A stretch of 64,000 nt of DNA, taken from the sequence record JN254800.1; one strand, written 5' to 3'. Made by a program: the position numbers and the translations under genes. The stretch is from Pseudomonas phage NH-4. Shown piece after piece: positions 7,006-16,219 of the stretch. How positions within the stretch are numbered: the stretch's first letter is position 1; each line of letters opens with the position of its first letter. The notes beneath the pieces are model-generated. The model was not told where the DNA came from, made no database searches, and worked only from the letters and a program-made list of their open reading frames with translations.

Positions 7006-9303
7006 ATGTTTAAACTTTCCTGGATATTCGGGCGCAAAAAGGATAATGCTGCCTGTTCTGAATCGGCGCCGGAGAAAGTCGCACAAATCCCTCAACACGA
7101 TCCGCTCGACCCCATGATAAAGCTGGGAAGGATTCGCGGCTGGAACGTCGAGCCGGAGAAAGCCCCGGTCATTCGTAGTGTGAAAGATTTCCTGGAGCCG
7201 GGCCTATCTGTCGCAATGGATAGTGCGTATGGTGATGGACCAACCCCGGCCGCGAAGGCTGCTGCGGGCGGCCAGAATCCCTATGTCGTCCCGACTATGT
7301 TGCAGGACTGGTACAATTCCCAAGGGTTCATCGGATACCAAGCTTGCGCAATCATTTCCCAACACTGGTTGGTGGACAAAGCTTGTTCCATGTCTGGGGA
7401 AGACGCAGCACGGAACGGATGGGAACTCAAATCGGACGGCAGGAAGCTATCCGATGAACAAAGCGCGCTGATCGCCCGGCGCGACATGGAGTTTCGCGTC
7501 AAAGACAACCTCGTCGAACTCAACAGATTCAAGAACGTTTTCGGCGTTCGCATCGCGCTGTTCGTTGTGGAGTCTGACGATCCGGACTACTACGAAAAAC
7601 CGTTCAATCCGGATGGAATCACGCCCGGCTCCTACAAGGGAATCTCCCAGATCGATCCATACTGGGCGATGCCGCAGCTCACTGCCGGCTCGACGGCCGA
7701 TCCGTCTTCCGAACATTTCTATGAGCCGGATTTCTGGATTATCAGCGGGAAGAAATATCATCGCAGCCATCTAGTAGTCGTTCGCGGACCGCAGCCGCCA
7801 GACATCCTGAAGCCTACATACATCTTCGGCGGTATCCCGCTCACCCAGAGAATCTATGAGCGCGTGTATGCGGCGGAACGGACGGCGAACGAAGCCCCGC
7901 TGCTTGCCATGTCGAAGCGAACCAGCACCATTCACGTTGACGTGGAAAAGGCCATCGCGAATGAAGACGCTTTCAACGCTCGCCTGGCGTTCTGGATTGC
8001 CAATCGCGATAACCACGGCGTGAAAGTCTTGGGTACTGATGAAAGCATGGAGCAGTTCGACACGAACCTTGCCGACTTCGACAGCATCATCATGAACCAA
8101 TATCAGCTGGTCGCTGCCATCGCCAAGACTCCAGCTACGAAGCTCCTCGGCACTTCTCCAAAAGGATTCAATGCCACTGGTGAGCACGAAACGATTTCTT
8201 ATCACGAAGAACTGGAGTCCATTCAAGAGCACATATTCGACCCACTTCTTGAACGCCACTATTTGCTTCTGGCGAAGTCGGAAGAAATCGATGTGCAGCT
8301 GGAAATCGTCTGGAACCCTGTGGACTCCACGTCCAGCCAGCAACAAGCCGAATTGAACAATAAGAAAGCCGCGACCGATGAAATCTACATCAACTCTGGC
8401 GTTGTGTCGCCGGATGAAGTTCGCGAGCGTCTGCGCGACGATCCGCGTTCCGGCTACAACCGACTCACCGACGATCAGGCAGAAACCGAACCGGGCATGT
8501 CTCCGGAAAACCTGGCCGAATTCGAGAAGGCCGGTGCACAGTCGGCCAAGGCGAAAGGCGAAGCCGAGCGAGCCGAAGCCCAGGCGGGCGCCGTAGAGGG
8601 CGCAGGCGCCCCGGTTCCCGCCGCTCCACGCGGGACTAAGCCTCTCGCGAAAGCGGCCGAGGAAGGGGCCAGCGAGGCCGCTGAACCGCCGTCGCGGCCG
8701 GACCCCAAGGCCGAGCTGCGGAACTTGTTGGTCGATCTTTTATCGAAGCTCCAAGACCTGGACGACATTAAGGCGCCGGACGGCGTAGACATAGAGTACA
8801 ATGATGCGCCTGGCTTAAAGCGCACGTCCAAACCTGGCGTGTCTGGCATGGAGCCTTCGGTGTTTTCGTCCAACCGCATCGTCGGGCCTCGTGATCATTC
8901 GGAACTCCAGAGAATCAAGGTGAATGGAATAACCACCTTGATCGAAAATCCGCGCGGAAGCATTCGGCAAGGAAAGGATGGGAGTTGGCGAGTTCAGATG
9001 AAACACCACTACGGGTTCATCAAGGGAACGAAAGGCGCTGATGGGGATGAAGTCGATTGCTTCGTCGGTCCGAATCTGGGATCCAAACGGGTCTTCGTCG
9101 TCAACCAGGTGAACAAGGAAGGTCAGTTTGACGAGCACAAGTGCATGCTCGGCTTCAACAACATCAACGATGCGAAGTCTGGATATCTGTCCTGCTTCCG
9201 CCCAGGTTGGGATGGTCTCGGCTCCATACATGAAGTTGACCTACCCGCGTTCCGTCGCTGGCTGGCGAACGGCGACACAACCAAACCGTTCGGGGGCGAG
9301 TGA
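7006..9303 (+). CDS. portal protein (DUF1073-like core) fused to C-terminal inorganic-pyrophosphatase-like domain
   Basis: The N-terminal 490 aa give a portal-like profile, and the gene sits immediately upstream of the Mu-F-like gene. aa 497-575 are an Ala/Glu/Pro-rich linker. aa 632-765 carry PPase motifs: IENPRGS, HYGFIKGT, DGDEVDC and FDEHK. Confidence 0.7.
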   Translation: MFKLSWIFGRKKDNAACSESAPEKVAQIPQHDPLDPMIKLGRIRGWNVEPEKAPVIRSVKDFLEPGLSVAMDSAYGDGPTPAAKAAAGGQNPYVVPTMLQDWYNSQGFIGYQACAIISQHWLVDKACSMSGEDAARNGWELKSDGRKLSDEQSALIARRDMEFRVKDNLVELNRFKNVFGVRIALFVVESDDPDYYEKPFNPDGITPGSYKGISQIDPYWAMPQLTAGSTADPSSEHFYEPDFWIISGKKYHRSHLVVVRGPQPPDILKPTYIFGGIPLTQRIYERVYAAERTANEAPLLAMSKRTSTIHVDVEKAIANEDAFNARLAFWIANRDNHGVKVLGTDESMEQFDTNLADFDSIIMNQYQLVAAIAKTPATKLLGTSPKGFNATGEHETISYHEELESIQEHIFDPLLERHYLLLAKSEEIDVQLEIVWNPVDSTSSQQQAELNNKKAATDEIYINSGVVSPDEVRERLRDDPRSGYNRLTDDQAETEPGMSPENLAEFEKAGAQSAKAKGEAERAEAQAGAVEGAGAPVPAAPRGTKPLAKAAEEGASEAAEPPSRPDPKAELRNLLVDLLSKLQDLDDIKAPDGVDIEYNDAPGLKRTSKPGVSGMEPSVFSSNRIVGPRDHSELQRIKVNGITTLIENPRGSIRQGKDGSWRVQMKHHYGFIKGTKGADGDEVDCFVGPNLGSKRVFVVNQVNKEGQFDEHKCMLGFNNINDAKSGYLSCFRPGWDGLGSIHEVDLPAFRRWLANGDTTKPFGGE

Positions 9304-10139
9304 TGGCATTCAAGGCCTCCAAAAAGCGCGAACGCCGGGCACCTCTTCCAGTCGGAAGAGGGAAGCCCATAATTCCATCGGCAGGAATCGAGGCCTGGTA
9401 TCGAAAGCAGATGAAGGATATGTCCAAGCTCATGATCGCCGACTATCGAAGCGAGATTGAGAATGCACTGTCCCAGCCTGCGGCCGAACGGTTCTTCGCC
9501 AGCGACGAATCCGTTAACGTTCTGTTCAAGATGACCCTTCGAAGCCTACAGCAGCGATGGAGCCGCATTTTTGAAGGCTTCGCGGCCAAGATCGCCCCGG
9601 AGTTTGTTAACCGGACCGAAGAAGCGGCCACCGCCGCGACCCTGCACAGCTTGTCTGTGGCCGGCGTCGATCAGCCAAGAGCTGCGTACAATGAGAGCGT
9701 CAGGAATACCCTGGAGGCAGCAACTACTTACAACCATACTCTCATCACCAGGATTCAAGAGGAAGTCCACGAGAAGATTTACACATCAGTAATGTTGTCT
9801 CTGACTTCCCCAAATCCGGAAGAGCAAGGAACTTCCGGCATAACGAACGCACTTCGCAAAGTCGGGAAGTTCTCTGAAGATCGAATCGAACTCATCGCAA
9901 GAGATCAAACCAGCAAGCTTTACAGTTCTCTGAGCGATGAGAGAATGGCGGAAAATGGAGTCGAGGAATTCGAGTGGATGCACTCTTCTGCCGGCAAGAC
10001 TCCTCGCCATACCCACCTGGAGAAAGATGGGAAAAGGTTCAAGCTGAATGACCCCAGACTTTGGGAGGGTCCGAAGGCCGACCAGGGGCCGCCAGGATGG
10101 GCGATTAACTGTAGGTGCAGAAAGATACCAATCATTTGA
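9303..10139 (+). CDS. head morphogenesis protein (Mu gpF / SPP1 gp7 family)
   Basis: Start overlaps the portal stop (TGATG). A C-terminal CRC-containing motif (INCRCRK) is typical of the Phage_Mu_F family, and the position after the portal fits. Confidence 0.65.
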   Translation: MAFKASKKRERRAPLPVGRGKPIIPSAGIEAWYRKQMKDMSKLMIADYRSEIENALSQPAAERFFASDESVNVLFKMTLRSLQQRWSRIFEGFAAKIAPEFVNRTEEAATAATLHSLSVAGVDQPRAAYNESVRNTLEAATTYNHTLITRIQEEVHEKIYTSVMLSLTSPNPEEQGTSGITNALRKVGKFSEDRIELIARDQTSKLYSSLSDERMAENGVEEFEWMHSSAGKTPRHTHLEKDGKRFKLNDPRLWEGPKADQGPPGWAINCRCRKIPII

Positions 10140-10157
10140 TATCGATAGGAGCGCTAT

Positions 10158-10364
10158 ATGCCGTTAGTTCATGGCACTTCCAATGAGGCTCGTTCTGAAA
10201 ACATCAAGCGGGAGATCGAAGCCGGTAAAGACCCAAAGCAGGCTGCGGCCATCGCTTACTCCATCCAGCGCAGTGAGAAAGGGAAGACGGCGAAAGATTG
10301 TTCGCCTGAGCTCGTTGCCGATCTTCGCGCCCTGGTGGACGCTCTGTCGAGGCTCGTGAAATGA
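10158..10364 (+). CDS. small hypothetical protein (68 aa), moron-like position
   Basis: RBS TAGGAG 7 nt before the ATG. No similarity recognised. Confidence 0.45.
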   Translation: MPLVHGTSNEARSENIKREIEAGKDPKQAAAIAYSIQRSEKGKTAKDCSPELVADLRALVDALSRLVK

Positions 10365-10501
10365 ACCGCAAGACATGCCGGCGCCGACTCGTGGTCGATG
10401 TAATCAGGGCCAATATTCACGGCGGATTCTTCAGCCTGAAGTTTGCCGCCATCGATTTGGCAATCATCGGCGTCGCCATCTTGATGACTTTTGGCCGATA
10501 A
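10361..10501 (+). CDS. possible small membrane protein (46 aa)
   Basis: ATG overlaps the upstream TGA. C-terminal hydrophobic [15 protein letters not shown]. Below the ORF-track length cutoff. Confidence 0.25.
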   Translation: MNRKTCRRRLVVDVIRANIHGGFFSLKFAAIDLAIIGVAILMTFGR

Positions 10502-10544
10502 TGCTGAGAAAATCTGGATTCTGACTAAAAATTCTAGTCCGGAT

Positions 10545-10880
10545 AGCCGCAAGTTACCGTTTACGGAAAATAGCAGTAATTTGGAAAGCCTACTGCCGCG
10601 AGGCTTTAACAGAGCTAGTTCCTAATTTCCGATTTAGCCGCGTGCTTCAAAAGTATATAGCCTGGGAAATTAGAAGTAACGTTCCAATAGAATTCATCTA
10701 TAAGTAACGTTATAATATAACGTCAATCTATATGCTCTAGACGTATTGAAATTCAATTTTTAATTGGTAAATTGGTAATTTGGATTAGTTTAGGAGTTGA
10801 AAGTCTCGCGGCAGTAGGCTTAGACAAATCCCGTAAAGTTTCCGAGACCAAATTACCGGATTTTCGCGGCTGAGGAAACT
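10545..10880. repeat. AT-rich non-coding cassette copy 1: 17-bp perfect inverted repeats (10586-10602 / 10805-10821) flanking a palindrome-rich AT core
   Basis: AAGCCTACTGCCGCGAG and its reverse complement lie 202 bp apart. The internal palindrome ACGTTATA-A-TATAACGT is at 10707-10723. Homologous to 56370-56720. Confidence 0.7.
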
Positions 10881-10959
10881 GGTAATTAGATCATAATATA
10901 AATTATAATGTAAGTTAACAGTCGCGGCTACATCTAATTATTGTTCCGCTTATTTACCC

Positions 10960-10995
10960 TTAGATGTACTGCGTATATAATACAGCCATAGTCCA
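10960..10995 (+). promoter_or_regulatory. sigma70-like promoter for scaffold/capsid genes (TTTACC N17 TATAAT)
   Basis: ATTTACCCTTAGATGTACTGCGTATATAAT lies about 25 nt upstream of ATG 11014. Confidence 0.4.
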
Positions 10996-11013
10996 CGACT
11001 CTTCGAATTAACG

Positions 11014-12447
11014 ATGACAAAGTCGAAAAGAAAAATTGACGAAAATGGATATATGACCATCGAGGGCTGCCCGATCAGCTCTTATGGCGTTTTCCAGTAT
11101 TCTGCTGGTCAACTCGGTCTTCCGGGCGATCCGACGCGGATTGTCAACGTATATCGCCCGGAGTCTGCCGTCAGCGATCCTGAGTACATCGAATCTCTGA
11201 AGAATCTCCCGTTGATCGACGAGCACGAAATGCTGTCGGGATTCGACGACGATGACGACAGCGTGGCCCCCGAAGACAAAGGGGTGGAGGGCATCATCAC
11301 CTCCAACGCTTACTACGAAGCCCCATGGGCTCGCGGCGATATCCGCATCTATTCCCGCAACATGCAGAATCAGCTGGAAAGGGGCAAAGAAGACCTGTCC
11401 CTAGGCTATAGTTGCCGCTACACTGAGCAACCCGGCATCTGGAACGGGACGCCTTATGAAGTCGTCCAGGACAAGATGCGCGGCAACCACATCGCCCTGG
11501 TAAAAGAGGGTCGTGTGCCGGGGGCCAGAGTATTGGATGGTCTGTGTTTTGACCATCTCAGTTTTGATTTCAGACCATCCGATGAGGGTAATGAAATGAG
11601 TCTCAAGAAAGCCAAGCGGAAGCCCCCTGTCCAGCGCGTAGGGCAAGCTGCTGACTCGGCGGTCGAAGAGTTGCGCACCCTGTGGCCGAAACTCTCTGCG
11701 TCTGTCCAGAAGTTCCTGGGCGAAGAAGAGCAGGAGCCGGAGCATCAGGAAGGCGCCGCTCCGGCCGAACCGACCGACAGCGAGCACCTGACCGAGCATC
11801 CGACTCTGGAAGGCGCCCAGAAGGACGACGAAGAGCAGGAAGAGGAGCCTTCCGTTGTCGATCCGGCCGTGGCCGCCGTCGAGCCGGAGCATCAAGAAAG
11901 CGCCGCATCCGAAATGTCCGGTGAAGGCGAAGTCGCCGAACTGATCTCTCAGGTCAAAGCCATTCTGGCTCGACTGGAGGGAACGGTAGCCGAAGGGGCA
12001 GACGAAGAGCATGGCGAAGGTCAAGATGTCGTCGAGGGTTTGGAGGAGCAGAGCAGCCTCAGCGGCTCGCAAACCGCCAGCGACGATGGTGGTGAGAGCA
12101 AGGATAACAGCGAGGAACTTCCTGAAATGGCACAGAAGAACGCGCAAGATGCTGCAATTCGCGGTCTCTATCGCGACATTGCTGCTAAAGATCGCCTCTA
12201 CAAGCGTCTTAGCTCCGTGGTTGGTGCGTTCGATCACCGAGCTATGGACTCGGCTGAAGTCGCTGTTTACGGCGTGAAAAAGCTGAACATCAGCTGCGCG
12301 AAGGGCCAGGAAGCTCTGGCGCTCGACATGTACCTGAAAGGCGTCGAAGCCTCGCGCGGCGCGGCCAGCCGTCAATCGAAAGCCCAGGATTCGGCCGGTT
12401 CTGCTCCGCAGTGCGCCGAGCTGGACAGCTACCTGAAGGGGGAGTAA
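11014..12447 (+). CDS. scaffolding protein with N-terminal DUF2213-like domain (possible prohead protease/scaffold)
   Basis: The N-terminal 190 aa are globular. An acidic E/Q/P-rich low-complexity middle is followed by a C-terminal helical region. Located between the Mu-F-like gene and the capsid gene. Confidence 0.55.
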   Translation: MTKSKRKIDENGYMTIEGCPISSYGVFQYSAGQLGLPGDPTRIVNVYRPESAVSDPEYIESLKNLPLIDEHEMLSGFDDDDDSVAPEDKGVEGIITSNAYYEAPWARGDIRIYSRNMQNQLERGKEDLSLGYSCRYTEQPGIWNGTPYEVVQDKMRGNHIALVKEGRVPGARVLDGLCFDHLSFDFRPSDEGNEMSLKKAKRKPPVQRVGQAADSAVEELRTLWPKLSASVQKFLGEEEQEPEHQEGAAPAEPTDSEHLTEHPTLEGAQKDDEEQEEEPSVVDPAVAAVEPEHQESAASEMSGEGEVAELISQVKAILARLEGTVAEGADEEHGEGQDVVEGLEEQSSLSGSQTASDDGGESKDNSEELPEMAQKNAQDAAIRGLYRDIAAKDRLYKRLSSVVGAFDHRAMDSAEVAVYGVKKLNISCAKGQEALALDMYLKGVEASRGAASRQSKAQDSAGSAPQCAELDSYLKGE

Positions 12448-12450
12448 CTC

Positions 12451-13086
12451 ATGTTCCAGAAACAAGTTTACCGCCAGTACACTCCTGGTTTTCCGGGCGA
12501 TCTGATCGAGGACGGCCCGAAGCGGGCGCGGCCGGGTCGAATCATGTCTCTGTCTGCCGTAAATCCGGCTGCCACCGCCACCGGCCCCAACCGCATCAGT
12601 CGCGCTTTCGGTTACGCCGGTGACGTCAGCGCCCTCGGTGAAGGTCAGCCGAAGACCATCGCGGCTCGTGCTTCTGAAGTCGTGATCGGCGGCGCCAACT
12701 TCTTCGGCGTCCTCGGCCATCCGAAGCATTATGCCCTGTTCGGTTCGGCCGGCGACTCCCTGGCTCCCAGCTATGATCTGCCCGATGGCGCCGAAGGCGA
12801 GTTCTTCGACATGGCCACCGGCCTGGTCGTCGAAATTTTCAACGGCGCCGCAGCCGCCCTGGACCTGGACTATGGTGACCTGGTCGCCTATGTCCCCAAC
12901 AACCTGGCTACCGCCGACAACGCGCTTGGCCTGCCGGCCGGCGCCCTGGTTGGCTTCAAGACTGGCTCCATGCCGACCGGCTTGGTCCAGATTCCCAACG
13001 CACGCATCGTTAACGCCATCAGTCTGCCGGCCCAGTCGGCGGGGAATCTGGTTGCTGGCGTTACCATCGTCCAGCTCACGCAGTAA
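12451..13086 (+). CDS. head structural protein (211 aa, Gly/Ala-rich; decoration or minor capsid protein)
   Basis: Lies between the scaffold and major capsid genes, with RBS GGGGGAG. Confidence 0.4.
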   Translation: MFQKQVYRQYTPGFPGDLIEDGPKRARPGRIMSLSAVNPAATATGPNRISRAFGYAGDVSALGEGQPKTIAARASEVVIGGANFFGVLGHPKHYALFGSAGDSLAPSYDLPDGAEGEFFDMATGLVVEIFNGAAAALDLDYGDLVAYVPNNLATADNALGLPAGALVGFKTGSMPTGLVQIPNARIVNAISLPAQSAGNLVAGVTIVQLTQ

Positions 13087-13095
13087 GGAGGCGTC

Positions 13096-14244
13096 ATGAG
13101 CCAGATCAGCAAGACCCATTCGCGCCTCGCAGGCCGCAATGCGAAACCTTTCGACCTGAAGAACATCACCAATGATGCCGTGGCATCTCTGCGCCGCATC
13201 GGACTGGTATTCGATCACGCTGTCGTCCAGGACCAGATCAAGGCCTTGGCGAAGGCCGGCGCGTTCCGCTCCGGCTCGGCCATGGACAGCAACTTCACCG
13301 CCCCGGTGACCACGCCGTCCATCCCGACTCCCATCCAGTTCCTGCAGACCTGGTTGCCTGGCTTCGTGAAAGTCATGACCGCAGCGCGGAAGATCGACGA
13401 AATCATCGGCATCGATACCGTTGGCTCCTGGGACGATCAAGAGATCGTTCAAGGCATCGTGGAGCCGGCCGGCACTGCGGTGGAATACGGCGACCATACC
13501 AACATCCCGCTGACCAGCTGGAATGCCAACTTCGAACGCCGCACCATCGTTCGTGGCGAGCTGGGCATGATGGTGGGTACCCTGGAAGAGGGTCGCGCCT
13601 CGGCCATCCGTCTGAACAGCGCCGAAACCAAGCGCCAACAGGCGGCCATCGGTCTGGAAATCTTCCGCAACGCCATCGGTTTCTACGGCTGGCAGAGCGG
13701 CCTGGGCAACCGCACCTATGGTTTCCTGAACGATCCCAACCTGCCGGCATTCCAGACCCCGCCGAGCCAGGGCTGGTCCACTGCCGACTGGGCAGGCATC
13801 ATCGGCGACATCCGCGAGGCCGTTCGCCAGCTGCGTATTCAGAGCCAAGATCAGATCGATCCGAAGGCGGAAAAGATCACTCTGGCCCTGGCCACCAGCA
13901 AGGTGGACTACCTGTCGGTAACCACGCCTTACGGCATTTCGGTTTCGGACTGGATCGAACAGACCTATCCGAAAATGCGGATCGTGTCGGCTCCGGAATT
14001 GTCCGGCGTCCAGATGAAAAACCAAGAGCCGGAAGATGCTCTGGTGCTCTTCGTCGAAGACGTGAACGCGGCCGTCGATGGCAGCACCGATGGCGGCAGC
14101 GTGTTCAGCCAGCTGGTACAGAGCAAGTTCATTACCCTGGGTGTCGAAAAGCGGGCGAAGTCGTACGTGGAAGACTTCTCCAACGGCACCGCCGGTGCGC
14201 TGTGCAAGCGTCCGTGGGCTGTGGTGCGCTACCTCGGCATCTAA
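13096..14244 (+). CDS. major capsid protein (382 aa)
   Basis: Size and position after the scaffold, a strong RBS (TAAGGAGG), and a strong terminator immediately downstream. Family assignment (DUF2184-like) is from recollection. Confidence 0.6.
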   Translation: MSQISKTHSRLAGRNAKPFDLKNITNDAVASLRRIGLVFDHAVVQDQIKALAKAGAFRSGSAMDSNFTAPVTTPSIPTPIQFLQTWLPGFVKVMTAARKIDEIIGIDTVGSWDDQEIVQGIVEPAGTAVEYGDHTNIPLTSWNANFERRTIVRGELGMMVGTLEEGRASAIRLNSAETKRQQAAIGLEIFRNAIGFYGWQSGLGNRTYGFLNDPNLPAFQTPPSQGWSTADWAGIIGDIREAVRQLRIQSQDQIDPKAEKITLALATSKVDYLSVTTPYGISVSDWIEQTYPKMRIVSAPELSGVQMKNQEPEDALVLFVEDVNAAVDGSTDGGSVFSQLVQSKFITLGVEKRAKSYVEDFSNGTAGALCKRPWAVVRYLGI

Positions 14245-14260
14245 CAGATGCCTATTCACC

Positions 14261-14286
14261 AAAGGCCGGGCTTCCGGCCTTTGTTC
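14261..14286 (+). terminator. rho-independent terminator after capsid gene
   Basis: ggccgg/ccggcc stem followed by TTTGTT. Confidence 0.6.
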
Positions 14287-14345
14287 ACTCTGACTCTAAC
14301 TCGGTTGTAGGGGCCGGTTAGGGCATAATTCCTAGGACTACGCCA

Positions 14346-14783
14346 ATGACTGTTTATATCGTTTCCTCCATGACTCAATCGGTGTCTTACAATGCGTATG
14401 ACACCTCTGATCCGTCCAATCCTCGCCTCCAGCGAAAGATTCTGATTCGCGGCCGCGCAGGCATCGCATCCGAAACTTCCGGCTTCGGCGACATGATTTC
14501 CGACGAGGCTGGGCGTCCGATCTGGACCCCACAGGGCGATTGCACTGCCGTGAGCGATTCGGATTTCGAGCTGCTTCAGGCCAATAAGATTTTCATGCGT
14601 CACATGGATAAGGGCTATTTGCGAGTCGTGAAGACCGACATCACCAGCGACCACCAGCGGATTTCCAAAGAGACTCGTACCATGGAGCGCGATGGATTCC
14701 AGCCTCTGGACGCTACTCGCCTGCAGCAGAAAATCAAGGTGACCACAGCCAGCGCTTCCCAGGAACAAGAGTTCCGGATTTAA
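14346..14783 (+). CDS. hypothetical virion-module protein (145 aa)
   Basis: ORF following a CATAAT -10-like element. Confidence 0.45.
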   Translation: MTVYIVSSMTQSVSYNAYDTSDPSNPRLQRKILIRGRAGIASETSGFGDMISDEAGRPIWTPQGDCTAVSDSDFELLQANKIFMRHMDKGYLRVVKTDITSDHQRISKETRTMERDGFQPLDATRLQQKIKVTTASASQEQEFRI

Positions 14784-14797
14784 CCGAGGGTTTCGGC

Positions 14798-15265
14798 ATG
14801 GTGATTTTCGACGAAAATAAGTTTCGCACGCTGTTTCCGGAGTTTGCTGATCCATCCGCTTATCCGGACGTGCGCCTGCAGATGTATTTCGACATTGCGT
14901 GCGAATTCATTTCTGATCGCGATTCACCATACCGGATTCTCAACGGCAAAGCCTTGGAAGCGTGCCTGTATCTTCTGACCGCCCACCTCCTGTCGCTGTC
15001 CACGATGCAAGTTCAAGGCGCGGCGGGAGGTGGCGTCACAGCAGGTGGGACCCAAGGCGGTTTCATCACCAGCGCTACTGTCGGTGAAGTTAGCGTTGCT
15101 AAGCTCGCGCCCCCGGCCAAGAATGGTTGGCAGTGGTGGCTGTCCGGGACGCCTTACGGCCAAGAGCTTTGGGCGCTCCTCAGCGTCAAGTCTGTGGGCG
15201 GATTCTATATCGGCGGCCTTCCAGAGCGCCGAGGCTTCCGGAAGGTTGGAGGGACGTTCTGGTGA
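14798..15265 (+). CDS. DUF4054-like head-tail connector/completion protein
   Basis: N-terminus FRTLFPEFADPSAYPDVRLQMYFDIA is typical of phage DUF4054 (recollection). Confidence 0.5.
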   Translation: MVIFDENKFRTLFPEFADPSAYPDVRLQMYFDIACEFISDRDSPYRILNGKALEACLYLLTAHLLSLSTMQVQGAAGGGVTAGGTQGGFITSATVGEVSVAKLAPPAKNGWQWWLSGTPYGQELWALLSVKSVGGFYIGGLPERRGFRKVGGTFW

Positions 15266-15660
15266 TCCCTGGCGCGAATCTTCTGCGAATGGCCTTCGGG
15301 GTCATCGGCACTCAAATTGTGAGATATCGCAAGTTTGAGCAGCGAGTGAAGAATGATCAAGCCCAGTATGTCTCCATGTTCGGGGAGCCTTTCGACCTGG
15401 CAGCGTCTGTCCAGCGAGTCCGACGCGATCAGTATGCCCAGTTTAATCTGGAGTTCCAACGGAATTATGTTATGATCTTCGCCAACTTTGATATGGTTGA
15501 CTTGGATCGCAATATGGCCGGTGACCAGTTCCTCTGGACTGGAAGAGTTTTTCAGCTGGAGTCTCAAGGCTCCTGGTTTTATCAGGACGGCTGGGGAGTT
15601 TGCCTGGCCGTGGATATCGGTGCGGCCAAGTTCACCGATGACGGGAAACCGACTTTCTAG
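15262..15660 (+). CDS. neck/head-tail adaptor-like protein (GTG start overlapping upstream TGA)
   Basis: GGAGGG RBS 8 nt before the GTG. GTGA overlap with the upstream gene. Confidence 0.45.
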   Translation: MIPGANLLRMAFGVIGTQIVRYRKFEQRVKNDQAQYVSMFGEPFDLAASVQRVRRDQYAQFNLEFQRNYVMIFANFDMVDLDRNMAGDQFLWTGRVFQLESQGSWFYQDGWGVCLAVDIGAAKFTDDGKPTF

Positions 15661-15667
15661 GTGGTGT

Positions 15668-16219
15668 ATGTTTGACGGCGAACTGATAGCGAAAATGGTT
15701 GTCGAGCTGAATGCGGCGATGGCATCTGCTCAAGAGGCTTTGCAGTTCCCGGATTTTGAAGTCGTCCAGAAAGCTCAGCCGACCCAACAGGGGGCGTCAA
15801 CCAGGCCGACCATCTTTTTCCAGAAACTGTTTGACGTTCCTCGCGGCTGGCCTGCCACCGATTGGTACCTGGACAACACGGCCCGCAAATATGTAGAAAT
15901 AACTCGACAGCATGTAGAGACGACTTTCCAGATCAGTTCCCTTCATTGGCAGAATCCTGAAATAACTCACGTGGTTACGGCTTCTGATATCGCCAACTAT
16001 GTGAGGGCTTATTTCCAAGCTCGATCCACGATTGAGCGCGTAAAGGAACTGGACTTCCTCATTCTTCGCGTGTCTCAAATTTCCAACGAAGCATTCGAGA
16101 ACGACAATCACCAGTTCGAATTCCACCCAAGTTTTGACATGATTGTAACTTACAACCAATATATTCGCCTGTACGAAAACGCAGCATATTCGGCCGATGG
16201 GGTATTAATAGGCATATGA
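15668..16219 (+). CDS. hypothetical neck/tail-terminator-like protein (183 aa)
   Basis: RBS AGGTGGTG precedes the ATG. Located in the structural operon. Confidence 0.45.
   Translation: MFDGELIAKMVVELNAAMASAQEALQFPDFEVVQKAQPTQQGASTRPTIFFQKLFDVPRGWPATDWYLDNTARKYVEITRQHVETTFQISSLHWQNPEITHVVTASDIANYVRAYFQARSTIERVKELDFLILRVSQISNEAFENDNHQFEFHPSFDMIVTYNQYIRLYENAAYSADGVLIGI

Noticed and set aside
10256-10552. 98-aa - strand ORF overlapping the small + strand genes
   Set aside because: It is antisense to the + strand operon and has no RBS or promoter context.
11401-14262. 953-aa ORF antisense to the scaffold/capsid genes. Similar long antisense ORFs occur at 17143-18822, 23720-24640, 37877-39370, 40487-41977, 44776-46263 and 3039-3824.
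   Set aside because: High GC3 codon bias keeps the opposite strand stop-free. The sense-strand proteins have clear motifs, RBSs and operon context. The antisense products are low-complexity and Arg/Ala/Gly-rich.
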